In this document: positions 48,432-57,611 of the stretch, one piece after another | Layout: the number at the start of each line of letters is the position of its first letter | How positions within the stretch are numbered: position 1 is the stretch's first letter | From: an uncultured Candidatus Saccharibacteria bacterium | GTDB taxonomy: Bacteria; Patescibacteriota; CALEFQ01 | Assembly (NCBI GenBank): GCA_965230955.1 | Contig: OZ246404.1 | Location: forward strand, 33,184-97,183 | Length of the DNA stretch: 64,000 nucleotides | Direction: 5' to 3' | Made by a program: the position numbers and the translations under genes | Notes under the pieces: generated by a model | Seen by the model: the letters and a program-made list of their open reading frames with translations, nothing else | Told to the model about the DNA's origin: nothing | The model's database searches: none

Positions 48432-48625
48432 TTTGTGTGAATACACAAAACGTGGTCGGCCACCCTGAACGTTATCCGAACCTTTTTTGAGGGTGTTGAG
48501 GGTGATTTTCGTATTCCGGAACTGCCCTCGAAGCCAGTAAGAATGAGCTCCGGCGGCTACAAGGTAATGGTATCAGGTGTGCAATAACTATCAATAAAGA
48601 TTTTGTGTGAAAGCACAAAATCGGG
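48432..48625. repeat. repeat unit R2 with palindromes at 48432 (TTTTGTGTGAATACACAAAA) and 48602
   Basis: matches R1 at both ends. Confidence 0.75.
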
Positions 48626-48690
48626 TGGAAAAAGGGAGGGGGCAAGCCGGTTGGCTAACGACCTTGCTTTCGCAAGCCCCTCGGTCGTTT
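48625..48690. repeat. element B (copy of the 46660 element)
   Basis: GGTGGAAAAAGGGAGGGGGCAAGCC...CCTTGCTTTCGCAAGCCCC. Confidence 0.75.
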
Positions 48691-48708
48691 ATCAGTCTGT
48701 AAGGATCG

Positions 48709-48972
48709 CTACGATTTTTCTTCGTTTGGAGGTTTTAGTCCGCCAAGTTTCATCCATAGTTTTGTTGGGACCTCTCTATCTACCCACAAAACTATCACCA
48801 GTAACCATACACCAAACACGATACAAAGAATCACGGTTGACAAGAAGATACTGATGATGAATAACGGTCCAGATAGAGTGTTAGCAAATGCGAAACCCCC
48901 AATGCCAACTGCAATAGCAACCAGACTGATCACGCTCAGATTCACAAAGAACAGAACCACTCTCGTTTTCAT
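48709..48972 (-). CDS. 87-aa three-TM membrane protein
   Basis: hydrophobic ORF. Confidence 0.4.
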   Translation of the reverse strand: MKTRVVLFFVNLSVISLVAIAVGIGGFAFANTLSGPLFIISIFLSTVILCIVFGVWLLVIVLWVDREVPTKLWMKLGGLKPPNEEKS

Positions 48973-49018
48973 ACATCCCTCCTGTGGTTGGATGAACTAT
49001 TACCAATAATGAACAAAT

Positions 49019-49180
49019 ATGGATATCTCCAAAAAAGATCTAGATGAATTCAAGCGAATCTTTAAACAAGATTACGGCGAGGAACTATCAGACGAGGAGG
49101 CGTATCGGATCGCTTGCAAGCTGATTACGCTGTTCAAGGCCATTTATCGGCCGATACCGAAGGATAAAAATGAATAATCA
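49019..49180 (+). CDS. 53-aa acidic helical protein (copy 2 of the MDISKKDLDEF family)
   Basis: near-identical to 47702; below the ORF-track cut-off. Confidence 0.5.
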
Positions 49181-49240
49181 TATCCGGATATCAATTATAG
49201 GGCTCTCTATTTCCCGGGATATGTTATTGGCTAATACAAA

Positions 49241-49684
49241 TTACTTAACTGCATATTTAGAGTCCAAAATATCATGTGGCTCGGTAAAACGAAGATAGTA
49301 TCCGAAAGGATCTCTCGCCTGGAAATCCTTTAGTCCCCAAGGCTGTTTGATTAACGGCTCTACTACGTTAGCACTGTCTTTAACCTTTTCATAAAAAGCT
49401 TCAATATTCTCTACCATCAAGATGACTTCCACCCCGATTCCCCGAGGAATTTCTTTTCGATATTCCTTGAAAATGGGATGTTGATATACCTTTTCATTGC
49501 CGGCCCAGAAACAGAGAATATTATCAGACATACGCAGGACTAAGTATCCTTTAAAGTCTTCCGGTTTTCGCTCCCAAACAATATCGAAGCCCAACTTCAG
49601 ATAATATTCTTTCACCTTTTGAAAATCAGGGACATGCAGTTCAATCAAGACCTTATTTCGAATGTGGCGCGAAAAATCTTTCAT
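49241..49684 (-). CDS. VOC-family (glyoxalase/bleomycin-resistance fold) protein
   Basis: paired beta-alpha-beta-beta-beta modules, KEYYLKLGFDIVWE. Confidence 0.6.
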   Translation of the reverse strand: MKDFSRHIRNKVLIELHVPDFQKVKEYYLKLGFDIVWERKPEDFKGYLVLRMSDNILCFWAGNEKVYQHPIFKEYRKEIPRGIGVEVILMVENIEAFYEKVKDSANVVEPLIKQPWGLKDFQARDPFGYYLRFTEPHDILDSKYAVK

Positions 49685-49776
49685 AAATGATTTTGAGGAC
49701 GATACTCATCTGGTGGTTTTGTCCACAGAGATTTTGGCTTATTATAGCCGGTTTTTAGTAATTATTGACCATTTTT

Positions 49777-49800
49777 TGTGTGATCACACAAAAAATAGCT
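49777..49800. promoter_or_regulatory. perfect 24-nt palindrome TTTTTTGTGTGATCACACAAAAAA abutting the tRNA-Pro 3' end
   Basis: seen directly; same motif class as 47637, 48432, 48602. Confidence 0.7.
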
Positions 49801-49802
49801 TG

Positions 49803-49879
49803 TGGTCGGGGATGAGGGATTCGCACCCTCGATCTCCTGCTCCCAAAGCAGGCGCCTTAGGCTACTGGGCCAATCCCCG
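49803..49879 (-). tRNA. tRNA-Pro (anticodon TGG)
   Basis: CGGGGAT..CCTGC TT-TGG-GA GCAGG..GAGGGTGCGAATCCCTC ATCCCCG-A-CCA. Confidence 0.9.
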
Positions 49880-50086
49880 CCTACGCCCCTCGGGAAACCT
49901 CGGGGCTTCGGCGGGCAGGCCCGTTTGGGCGCACCAGCCGAAAATAAAAATACCGGAAACTAGGCTTATTATACGATTTTATTAGAGAGATTGTCAAAAG
50001 GCTGGAAGTCGCTAGAATGTAGTTATGAAAGCAATTTTGCATTTTGAACTTGCTTGCGCAAGCAAGTTCTGAATTTTGAATTATTT

Positions 50087-50707
50087 ATGCGCTATCCCAA
50101 TTTCAATCATGAGAGAGAGCTGACCAAGCTCGGCTACCGAGTTGTCGCCGGAGTGGACGAAGCGGGTCGGGGTGCCTGGGCCGGGCCGGTAGTAGCGGCG
50201 GCGGTGGTTTTGCCGGTGGATTTTTCGATTCGCGGGATCGCTGATTCAAAAAAAATCACAGCGATTAAACGAGCGGAACTTTATCGGGAATTAATCGGGG
50301 CCGTCGATTGGGGCGTTGGGATCGTGCCTAATACCGTGATTGATCAGATTAATATATTACGCGCCACGCGAGTGGCGATGCGGCAAGCTTTAAGCGAGCT
50401 GAAGGCCGCGCCTGATTTTGTCTTAATAGACGCGGTTCGGATCGGTGATCTGCCCTGTCGACAGCGCTCGGTCATCAAAGGCGACTACAAAGTTATGTCG
50501 ATTGCCGCGGCGTCGATTATCGCCAAGGTGACGCGCGATAATTTATTGCGCGATTTGCACCGGAGTCTGCCGAATTATCGTTTTGACTTGCATAAAGGCT
50601 ACGGGACGAAAGTGCATCAGGCGATGATTAAGAAATATGGGGTGAGTGGGGCGCATCGGAAAACGTATAAACCCTTGGCGAAAATTGAGAATGAGCAGTT
50701 ACTTTAG
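50087..50707 (+). CDS. rnhB: ribonuclease HII
   Basis: VAGVDEAGRGAWAGPVVAAAV catalytic motif. Confidence 0.9.
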   Translation: MRYPNFNHERELTKLGYRVVAGVDEAGRGAWAGPVVAAAVVLPVDFSIRGIADSKKITAIKRAELYRELIGAVDWGVGIVPNTVIDQINILRATRVAMRQALSELKAAPDFVLIDAVRIGDLPCRQRSVIKGDYKVMSIAAASIIAKVTRDNLLRDLHRSLPNYRFDLHKGYGTKVHQAMIKKYGVSGAHRKTYKPLAKIENEQLL

Positions 50708-50903
50708 AAAAATTAAAGCTTAAAAATGCCAAAATCTAAAAAAATTAAAAGGCAAAAAACCAAAACCATTTAAACTTTTAGCCTTAAATTTCTTTTAGAT
50801 TTTGATATTTTTAAGCTTTAAATTTTCTAGTAACTCTGTTGGCAACTATCCTATTTTGTGGTATTGTCTAAATACATATTAAGATAATTTTTTCACCAAT
50901 ATT

Positions 50904-51536
50904 ATGCAGCTCCAAACACTCCCGCGCGGCTATGTCCTTGATCCCAAGCGGCAAAAGCGCCAGTTTATCGATCCGGCACAGGTTTTGCAGGCGATTGGGC
51001 TTCACGATAGCATGGTTTTTGCCGATTTCGGCTGTGGTGCCGGCTATTTCACTATTCCGGCGGCAGAGATGGTTGGCGAGCATGGGAAGGTCTATGCTGT
51101 CGATATCCTCAAAAGCTCGCTTCAGGACATCCAGGGCAAGGCCAAGATTGAAGGCCTGCGCAATATTCAAGAGATTTGGGCTGATCTGGAAGTGGCCGGC
51201 AGTACCAAAATCCCGGCGGACTCGGTTGACATTGTTTTTTTGGCTCATATTATCCATCAATCAGTAGAACATCCGACAATTTTGGAAGAAGCAAAAAGGG
51301 TAATCAAGCCGGATGGGAAGATTGTTGTCACTGAATGGAAAAAAGTAAAAATTCCTTTTGGCCCGGCGGTGGAAAAACGGGTGGTTCAAGAAGATGTGGT
51401 CAAGGTGGCTCAAAATAACGGTTTGCGTTTGGCGCAGGAATTCTCGGCCGGAAATTATCATTACGGTTTGATTTTCAAGAAAAGCCAATACGAAACACCG
51501 ACGTCAGCTGAAGGGACTGAGGGCCAAACTTCATGA
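50904..51536 (+). CDS. class I SAM-dependent methyltransferase
   Basis: FADFGCGAGYFT motif I, VYAVDI motif II. Confidence 0.8.
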   Translation: MQLQTLPRGYVLDPKRQKRQFIDPAQVLQAIGLHDSMVFADFGCGAGYFTIPAAEMVGEHGKVYAVDILKSSLQDIQGKAKIEGLRNIQEIWADLEVAGSTKIPADSVDIVFLAHIIHQSVEHPTILEEAKRVIKPDGKIVVTEWKKVKIPFGPAVEKRVVQEDVVKVAQNNGLRLAQEFSAGNYHYGLIFKKSQYETPTSAEGTEGQTS

Positions 51537-51698
51537 GTCGAACTCCGCGCAAAATCAAGGATGATGCACCGCTGGATAAATACGGCGGGAGTATCGCTAC
51601 CGTGTTGGGCGCCGGGGCGGCTATCTGGGCCTTTTTCCGAGTGGCTTTTACCATCAGCGACGGCGTGGCCAAATTGAAAAACGGCCGCAAGAAGTAAT
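51534..51698 (+). CDS. 54-aa small TM protein overlapping the methyltransferase stop (ATGA)
   Basis: ATGA overlap; TM segment GAGAAIWAFFRVAFTI. Confidence 0.3.
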
Positions 51699-51794
51699 TC
51701 AAAATTCAGAATTTAAAATGCAAAATGGGGGGATAGCGAATTATTTTGCATTATGAATTATGTATTTTGAATTTTAATAGGGAGGGCTTTTTTT

Positions 51795-52154
51795 ATGGCG
51801 CGAAATGTTGGCGACCTAGGGGAAGAGATAGCCAAGAAATTTTTGGCGAATAAGGGCTACGAAATTATCGCCCGGAATTATTATGCCGGACGGCGGGGCG
51901 AAGTCGATCTGATCGCGATTGCGGGAATCAATATTATTTTTGTGGAAGTGAAAACCCGAACCAAAACAAAATTCAGTGTCGGGCTGGAGGCGGTGGACGG
52001 ATATAAATTAAAAAAATGGTACTGGTCGGCGGAAGATTTTATTATGAAAAATCCGGTCTATGAAAATCACCACTGGCGTTTTGACGTCGTGGAGATTTTT
52101 TTAGATTGGGAATGCCGGAGAGCGAAAGTGAAGTGGATTAAGGAGGTTTACTAA
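51795..52154 (+). CDS. yraN: YraN/UPF0102-family endonuclease
   Basis: GEEIAKKFLANKGYEIIARNYYAGRRGEVDLIAI...FVEVKTR pattern. Confidence 0.8.
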   Translation: MARNVGDLGEEIAKKFLANKGYEIIARNYYAGRRGEVDLIAIAGINIIFVEVKTRTKTKFSVGLEAVDGYKLKKWYWSAEDFIMKNPVYENHHWRFDVVEIFLDWECRRAKVKWIKEVY

Positions 52155-52280
52155 ATTCGAAATCCGAATATCGAAATTCGAAACAATACTCAAATTTGAA
52201 ATACTAAATCAAAAATGTCTAGATATTTTAATTTGTGATTTTGAATTTGTTTCGAATTTCGGATTTTGTGCTTTGAATTT
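52155..52280. repeat. family F6 inverted repeat (AATTCGAAATCCGAATATCGAAATTCGAAAC ... GTTTCGAATTTCGGATTTTG)
   Basis: reverse-complementary arms. Confidence 0.85.
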
Positions 52281-52357
52281 TTCTTCCCTCTCACCTTGAT
52301 TTTATCTGCCAATATGCTAGATTGGGCGGTCCCGAACGGGATAGAAGGAGGTGCTTT

Positions 52358-53545
52358 ATGAAACAGATTGGCCGGGGGCTGGTCTGGAAACTTTCCGAGC
52401 TCGAGGTGAATGTGGTGTTGCTCGGAGTCATCTCCGATGTGCATCTCGACCGCCGATTCCCCAATTACGCCCTACAGGCTTTATTCCGTCGTTTGCAGCA
52501 GTTCGAGACGGCGGTTAAGGATCTGGATAAACACGGTGCGGGTGTTCTGGTGATTCTGGGGGACTTTATCGACTTTCTGACTTTGGATGGAAGTACTCCG
52601 GGCGGCGTACCGGTGATTCAGGACGTCATGCGGTTAATCCGGCGTTTGCAAGCCTCGGGAGTGGTCGTGATTCTGCTCAAAGGAAACCACGATCGGTTGT
52701 TGTTCGATGACGACGGCCTGAAGGGTTGGTGGTCGACAGTCTTGCCGCCGAATCATTGGCGCGCCGACTGGCTTTTCCTGGAGGATGATTGGCTGCGGGT
52801 GCTTTTCGATCACGGTCATCGCTGGGATATCACTAATCGTGAAATCTTTGATCAGCATGGCCGGTCGATCAAATCTCTGGGCGACCTGGTGGTGGAACGA
52901 CTGATTGTTCCCCTGCAAAAGGAATGTCCGGACCTGAACCGCATCGAGCCGCTCTACCATATCCCGCTGTATCTCCAACAGCGTGATCCCGGCGGTCAAC
53001 TGCTTCAGCGCTGGTTGGCAGACTTCGAAAGCCTGATGAAATCGCCTGACTTCAAACGCTGGCGCCGAAATGCTCTGCCTTTTGCCAAGCGAGTGCTGGC
53101 CTCGATGCTGCCGCTCTTTTATGACATCTATTCCACGGCGACCAACGGAAGTCCGGCCGGACTGATGTCAGCCATGGAGCGGATCAGCGAGTTTGACCGA
53201 AATGCCGGCGACTATTTGCAGAAAAGACAACAGGAATTAGTAGCGGGTAAAATCGGTCCTGATGATTATCCGCCCGAATGGCAATCTTTTATCGGCGATG
53301 TGCGGTACATCGTCAACGGGCATACCCATCAAAAAGCAAAAAAGGTCGATCTCGATCCAAACGGCCATTGGCGGGGACGGATTTCTACCGGAGCTTGGGT
53401 CAAGAGCCTGCAATTGTTTCCCGAGTCGCTACCGCCTCGATCATTGACCCATTTCGAGCTGACTTGGACCGAGTTTCTCATCTCACTGACCGAGCGACGC
53501 TTGATGGAGATCAAACAGGAATCACCGGCCAGTATCATTTTCTGA
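52358..53545 (+). CDS. calcineurin-like metallophosphoesterase
   Basis: ISDVHLD, GDFID, GNHD motifs; GAAGGAGGTG RBS. Confidence 0.75.
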   Translation: MKQIGRGLVWKLSELEVNVVLLGVISDVHLDRRFPNYALQALFRRLQQFETAVKDLDKHGAGVLVILGDFIDFLTLDGSTPGGVPVIQDVMRLIRRLQASGVVVILLKGNHDRLLFDDDGLKGWWSTVLPPNHWRADWLFLEDDWLRVLFDHGHRWDITNREIFDQHGRSIKSLGDLVVERLIVPLQKECPDLNRIEPLYHIPLYLQQRDPGGQLLQRWLADFESLMKSPDFKRWRRNALPFAKRVLASMLPLFYDIYSTATNGSPAGLMSAMERISEFDRNAGDYLQKRQQELVAGKIGPDDYPPEWQSFIGDVRYIVNGHTHQKAKKVDLDPNGHWRGRISTGAWVKSLQLFPESLPPRSLTHFELTWTEFLISLTERRLMEIKQESPASIIF

Positions 53546-53548
53546 GTA

Positions 53549-53585
53549 TCCGCCCCCGGCACATTTGTGACCGGGGGCATTTAAT
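53549..53585 (+). terminator. terminator GCCCCCGGCACATTTGTGACCGGGGGC
   Basis: 9-bp GC stem. Confidence 0.8.
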
Positions 53586-53589
53586 TTAC

Positions 53590-53617
53590 TTGCCAAAACA
53601 AAATATTCTGCTATACT
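53590..53617 (+). promoter_or_regulatory. promoter TTGCCA-16-TATACT for nusA
   Basis: hexamers seen directly. Confidence 0.55.
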
Positions 53618-53682
53618 ATTCTTATCCCGAATCCGGCAGATCATTTGTGGCTAGAACCAGGCGTTCTAGCTTCTTTTAAAGC

Positions 53683-53755
53683 CAAAAGTCAAAGCTCAAA
53701 AGTCAAAAGTTTCGATGACGGAACTTTTGACCTTTGACTTTTTACTTTTGACTTA
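53683..53755. repeat. family F1 inverted repeat inside the nusA 5' UTR
   Basis: CCAAAAGTCAAAGCTCAAAAGTCAAAAG ... CTTTTGACCTTTGACTTTTTACTTTTGACTT. Confidence 0.9.
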
Positions 53756-53761
53756 ACTCCT

Positions 53762-54982
53762 ATGTTCGGAAAAAACTTTTTGGAAGCAATCAATCAGTTA
53801 GTAGCGGAAAAAAACATCGACCGCAAGATCGTAATTACCACGATCGAGGCGGCGCTGGCGGCGGCTTTCCGTAAGGATTACGGTACGCCGGATCAAAATA
53901 TCAAAGTGGAACTCGATGAAAAGACGGGTAATTTTAAGGTTTACGATGAAAAGAATGTCGTCAAAGAAATCGACGAAGAAATGGAAAAACGAGCTCGCGA
54001 ATATATGTTGGTAGCGGACGCGAAAAAAGCCAAGGATTACAAAAAGGTCACCGGCGCCAAGGGCGAAGTCAAAGAAGGCGACATACTCCGCAAGGAAATC
54101 ACGCCTCAGGAAGCCAAATTCGGCCGCATCGCCGCCCAGACCGCTAAACAGGTCATTATTCAGCGTATTCGAGAAGCGGAGCGCGACGCGATTTACAATG
54201 AATTTAAAGATAAAAAAGGCGAAGTGCTCAATTCGACCGTCCAGCGGGTCGAGGGCCGCAATATTTTCATGGATCTGGGATCGGCTGTCGGGATTATGTA
54301 TCCGCCGGATCAAATTCGCCGAGAACGCTACACTATCGGCCAGCGTTACAAAGTGTTTGTCAATGAAGTGCGTACCGGCCCCAAGGGACCGGAAATTTTA
54401 GTGTCGCGCGCGGCGCCCGGACTGGTCAAAAAATTATTTGAATTGGAAGTCCCGGAGATTTTCGCCAAGACGGTTGAAATCAAAGCTTTGGTGCGCGAAG
54501 CAGGTTCTCGGTCAAAGATGGCGGTATCCGCCAATGATGAAAGCGTTGATCCGATTGGTTCGTGCGTGGGACAAAAGGGAACGCGCGTGCAAGCCGTCAA
54601 GGCCGAGCTCGGCGGCGAAAATATCGATATTATCGTTTGGGATGAAGACGTGAAAAAATTTATTCCCAATTCTCTGTCGCCGGCCAAGGTGGCGAAAATC
54701 CATCTCGATTCGGAGCATAAAGAAGCTGTGGTTGAAGTCGAAGAAGATCAGCTGTCATTGGCGATTGGCAAGGAAGGTCAAAATGTTCGATTAGCCGCCA
54801 AATTGACCGGCTGGCGCATCGATATTGCCAAGGTGGGAGAAAAAAAGGACGATAAGAAAACCGACCAGAAGGATGACAAAAAAGAGGAGAAAAAAGAAGA
54901 AAAGAAAGTAGAGAAGAAAGATAAGCCGGCCGGAGAAAATGAAAAAAAGGAAGAAAAAGCTAAGCCGAAAGAGAAGAAATAA
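53762..54982 (+). CDS. nusA: transcription termination/antitermination factor NusA with Lys/Glu-rich C-terminal tail
   Basis: S1 and two KH domains (GRIAAQTAKQVI..., VGQKGTRVQAV, IGKEGQNVRLAAKLTGW). Confidence 0.95.
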   Translation: MFGKNFLEAINQLVAEKNIDRKIVITTIEAALAAAFRKDYGTPDQNIKVELDEKTGNFKVYDEKNVVKEIDEEMEKRAREYMLVADAKKAKDYKKVTGAKGEVKEGDILRKEITPQEAKFGRIAAQTAKQVIIQRIREAERDAIYNEFKDKKGEVLNSTVQRVEGRNIFMDLGSAVGIMYPPDQIRRERYTIGQRYKVFVNEVRTGPKGPEILVSRAAPGLVKKLFELEVPEIFAKTVEIKALVREAGSRSKMAVSANDESVDPIGSCVGQKGTRVQAVKAELGGENIDIIVWDEDVKKFIPNSLSPAKVAKIHLDSEHKEAVVEVEEDQLSLAIGKEGQNVRLAAKLTGWRIDIAKVGEKKDDKKTDQKDDKKEEKKEEKKVEKKDKPAGENEKKEEKAKPKEKK

Positions 54983-55110
54983 GATATTAAGAGTATTAAG
55001 ATATTAAGACTTTAAGAATTAAATATTTTTTTGTTTGTCATTCTGGGGAATAAGTAACCGCCGGTGGCGGCCCGAGGATGACAGCGTTACTTTTACTTTA
55101 ACTTAATCCT

Positions 55111-57510
55111 ATGAACATCGAAATCTGGGCTCTGATTGCCGGAGCCATCGCTCTTATCTACGCTGTTATCTTGGCTGTGCGCATTCGCCGGCTGGGAACC
55201 GGTACGGACAAAATGAAAGAAATCGCCGCGGCGGTTCGCGCCGGATCAATGGCGTATATCAAAAAGCAATACAAAGTAATCGCTATCTTCGCGGTTATCG
55301 TGACGATCGCGTTATGGCTGGCGATTAATTGGCAGACCGGCGTGGCTTTTCTCGGAGGTGCGGTTCTTTCCGCTCTGGCGGGTTATGTCGGCATGAATAT
55401 TTCGACTCAGGCGAATATTCGCACGGCGGAATCGGCCAAACAGGGAATGAAAAAAGCGTTGAGCGTGGCTTTCCAGGGCGGAGCGGTGTCCGGCATGACG
55501 GTGGTCGCTTTGGGTTTGATTGGTGTGGCCACTTTTTATTATTTTTACCATGATGTTTCTTTGTTGATCGGTTTTGGTTTTGGTGCTTCCCTGATTTCAC
55601 TTTTTGCTCGCGTCGGCGGCGGAATTTATACCAAAGCGGCCGATGTCGGCGCCGACCTGGTCGGGAAAGTCGAAAAAAATATTCCCGAAGACGATCCTCG
55701 TAATCCGGCGGTTATTGCCGACAATGTCGGTGACAATGTCGGTGATTGTGCCGGCATGGGTGCTGATTTGTTTGAAACTTACGCTGTCACCCTGATTGCG
55801 GCGATGTTGCTCGGTGTCGGGATTACCGGCGGGGTGACTTTCCCCTTGATTCTCGGCGCGGTTGGCATTATCGCTTCGATTATCGGTACTTTCTTTGTGC
55901 GTCTCGGTAAAAATAAAAATATTATGGGCGCGCTATATCGCGGGACATTCATCACGGCGGGCATTGCCGCGGTAGCGTTTTATTTCGTGATTCGCTATAC
56001 CGGACAGGATATGAAACTTTTCGGCGCGACGCTGGTTGGCTTGGCGGTGACGGTGGTGATCACTTTAATTACCGATTATTTCACGTCAAAAAAATACCGG
56101 CCGGTCAAAGATATCGCGGAAGCAAGCAAAACCGGTCCGGGCACAAATGTTATCGCCGGTCTGGCGGTTGGTTTGCAGAGTACTTTTTGGCCGGTGATTT
56201 TGATCGTCATCAGTATCTTGCTGGCTTATTGGCTGGGTGGCGTTTACGGTATCGCGATTGCCGCGGTGGCCATGTTGGCTACTACGGGCATGGTGGTTGC
56301 GGTTGATTCTTATGGCCCGATCACGGACAACGCCGGCGGAATCGCCGAAATGGCCGGTCTTCCGGAAGATGTTCGTGAAACGACCGATGCTTTGGATGCC
56401 GTCGGCAATACCACCAAAGCAGTGACCAAAGGTTACGCTATCGCTTCCGCGGCTCTGGCCGCCTTGGCTTTGTTTGCCGCGTATCGCGAGGAAATTATGC
56501 GGGCGGCGGAACAATTCAAGCTGGATAACATTTTAGATTTAAGCATCGATAATCCGTTGGTTTTGGTCGGTTTGTTCATCGGCGGAGTCTTGCCGTTCTT
56601 GTTTGGCGCTTTCACTATGCGTGCGGTCGGCCGAGCCGCTTTTAAGGTCGTTGAAAATGTGCGGGAACAATTCCGAACCAAGAAAATTATGGAAGGCATT
56701 GATAAGCCGGACTACGCTCAATGCGTCAGTATCGTGACCGGTGCGGCTCAAAAAGAAATGATTTTCCCGGCGATCATGGCGGTCGCGGCTCCTCTGGTGG
56801 TGGGCTTTGTTCTCGGGCCTCTGGCTTTGGGCGGTTTATTGGCCGGCGTCATCGTGGCCGGTTTGCTCCTGGCGATCCAGATGACGACGGGCGGTGCGGC
56901 TTGGGACAACGCCAAGAAATATATCGAAAATGGCGCTTTCGGCGGCAAGGGTTCGGATGCGCACAAAGCGGCGGTCGTGGGCGATACCGTGGGCGATCCT
57001 TTCAAGGATACGGCCGGTCCGGCGCTGAATGCCTTGATAAAAGTGATTAACACCATCGCACTGATTTTTGCTTTCTTGATTGCTCAGTATACTTTGATCA
57101 ATCCCGATATTTTCACGCAATCGGCGACGGCGGAAGAAGTGACTCCGGAAGAAATTCGCTTGGTCACTACCGAATATCGCAGTGCCCAGTACGGTTACGG
57201 CTTTTTGATGGACGACGTGAATATCGAAGAAAACGCCAATTGCACCGTGACGACGAGTCGAGTCGATCTGGCCGGCGTCATTCAGGTCTGTGTTGTCCCG
57301 AAGGATTCCGCTCTTTTCCCTCGGCAGAGTTCGGAAGTGGAAGTGGGAGGCCGACAGGGTTATGAAGACACCACATTTGCCAACGGTCGAAAATTGTATA
57401 TCCCGTATGATACGGCCGGCAAAGAGCGGATTGTCATCACCTTCAGTGCCGAGAAAAATGACCGAGCCCAAATTGATTTTCAGCAATTCTTGAGCAGCTT
57501 CTCGCTGTAA
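55111..57510 (+). CDS. hppA: membrane-bound H+-translocating pyrophosphatase, K+-independent type (Lys in GNTTKA motif), with about 130-aa C-terminal extension
   Basis: [49 protein letters not shown]. Confidence 0.9.
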   Translation: MNIEIWALIAGAIALIYAVILAVRIRRLGTGTDKMKEIAAAVRAGSMAYIKKQYKVIAIFAVIVTIALWLAINWQTGVAFLGGAVLSALAGYVGMNISTQANIRTAESAKQGMKKALSVAFQGGAVSGMTVVALGLIGVATFYYFYHDVSLLIGFGFGASLISLFARVGGGIYTKAADVGADLVGKVEKNIPEDDPRNPAVIADNVGDNVGDCAGMGADLFETYAVTLIAAMLLGVGITGGVTFPLILGAVGIIASIIGTFFVRLGKNKNIMGALYRGTFITAGIAAVAFYFVIRYTGQDMKLFGATLVGLAVTVVITLITDYFTSKKYRPVKDIAEASKTGPGTNVIAGLAVGLQSTFWPVILIVISILLAYWLGGVYGIAIAAVAMLATTGMVVAVDSYGPITDNAGGIAEMAGLPEDVRETTDALDAVGNTTKAVTKGYAIASAALAALALFAAYREEIMRAAEQFKLDNILDLSIDNPLVLVGLFIGGVLPFLFGAFTMRAVGRAAFKVVENVREQFRTKKIMEGIDKPDYAQCVSIVTGAAQKEMIFPAIMAVAAPLVVGFVLGPLALGGLLAGVIVAGLLLAIQMTTGGAAWDNAKKYIENGAFGGKGSDAHKAAVVGDTVGDPFKDTAGPALNALIKVINTIALIFAFLIAQYTLINPDIFTQSATAEEVTPEEIRLVTTEYRSAQYGYGFLMDDVNIEENANCTVTTSRVDLAGVIQVCVVPKDSALFPRQSSEVEVGGRQGYEDTTFANGRKLYIPYDTAGKERIVITFSAEKNDRAQIDFQQFLSSFSL

Positions 57511-57545
57511 TATTCCGTGACAATTTTCAAAAAAGCGTATAAAAA

Positions 57546-57572
57546 TACGGCGTCTCAAATGAGGCGCCGTTG
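57546..57572 (+). terminator. terminator ACGGCGTCTCAAATGAGGCGCCGT
   Basis: hairpin. Confidence 0.6.
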
Positions 57573-57611
57573 GCGTTGACCTGGCCGAGAAATCAAGTTA
57601 TACTCTGGCTG

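Noticed and set aside
49881-49970. GC-rich hairpins upstream of tRNA-Pro (CCTCGGG AAA CCTCGGG)
   Set aside because: No cloverleaf or T-loop motif, so it is not a second tRNA. It is probably a promoter-proximal structure or a terminator for rnhB-side transcription.
56836-57558. 240-aa minus-strand ORF
   Set aside because: It is antisense inside hppA.
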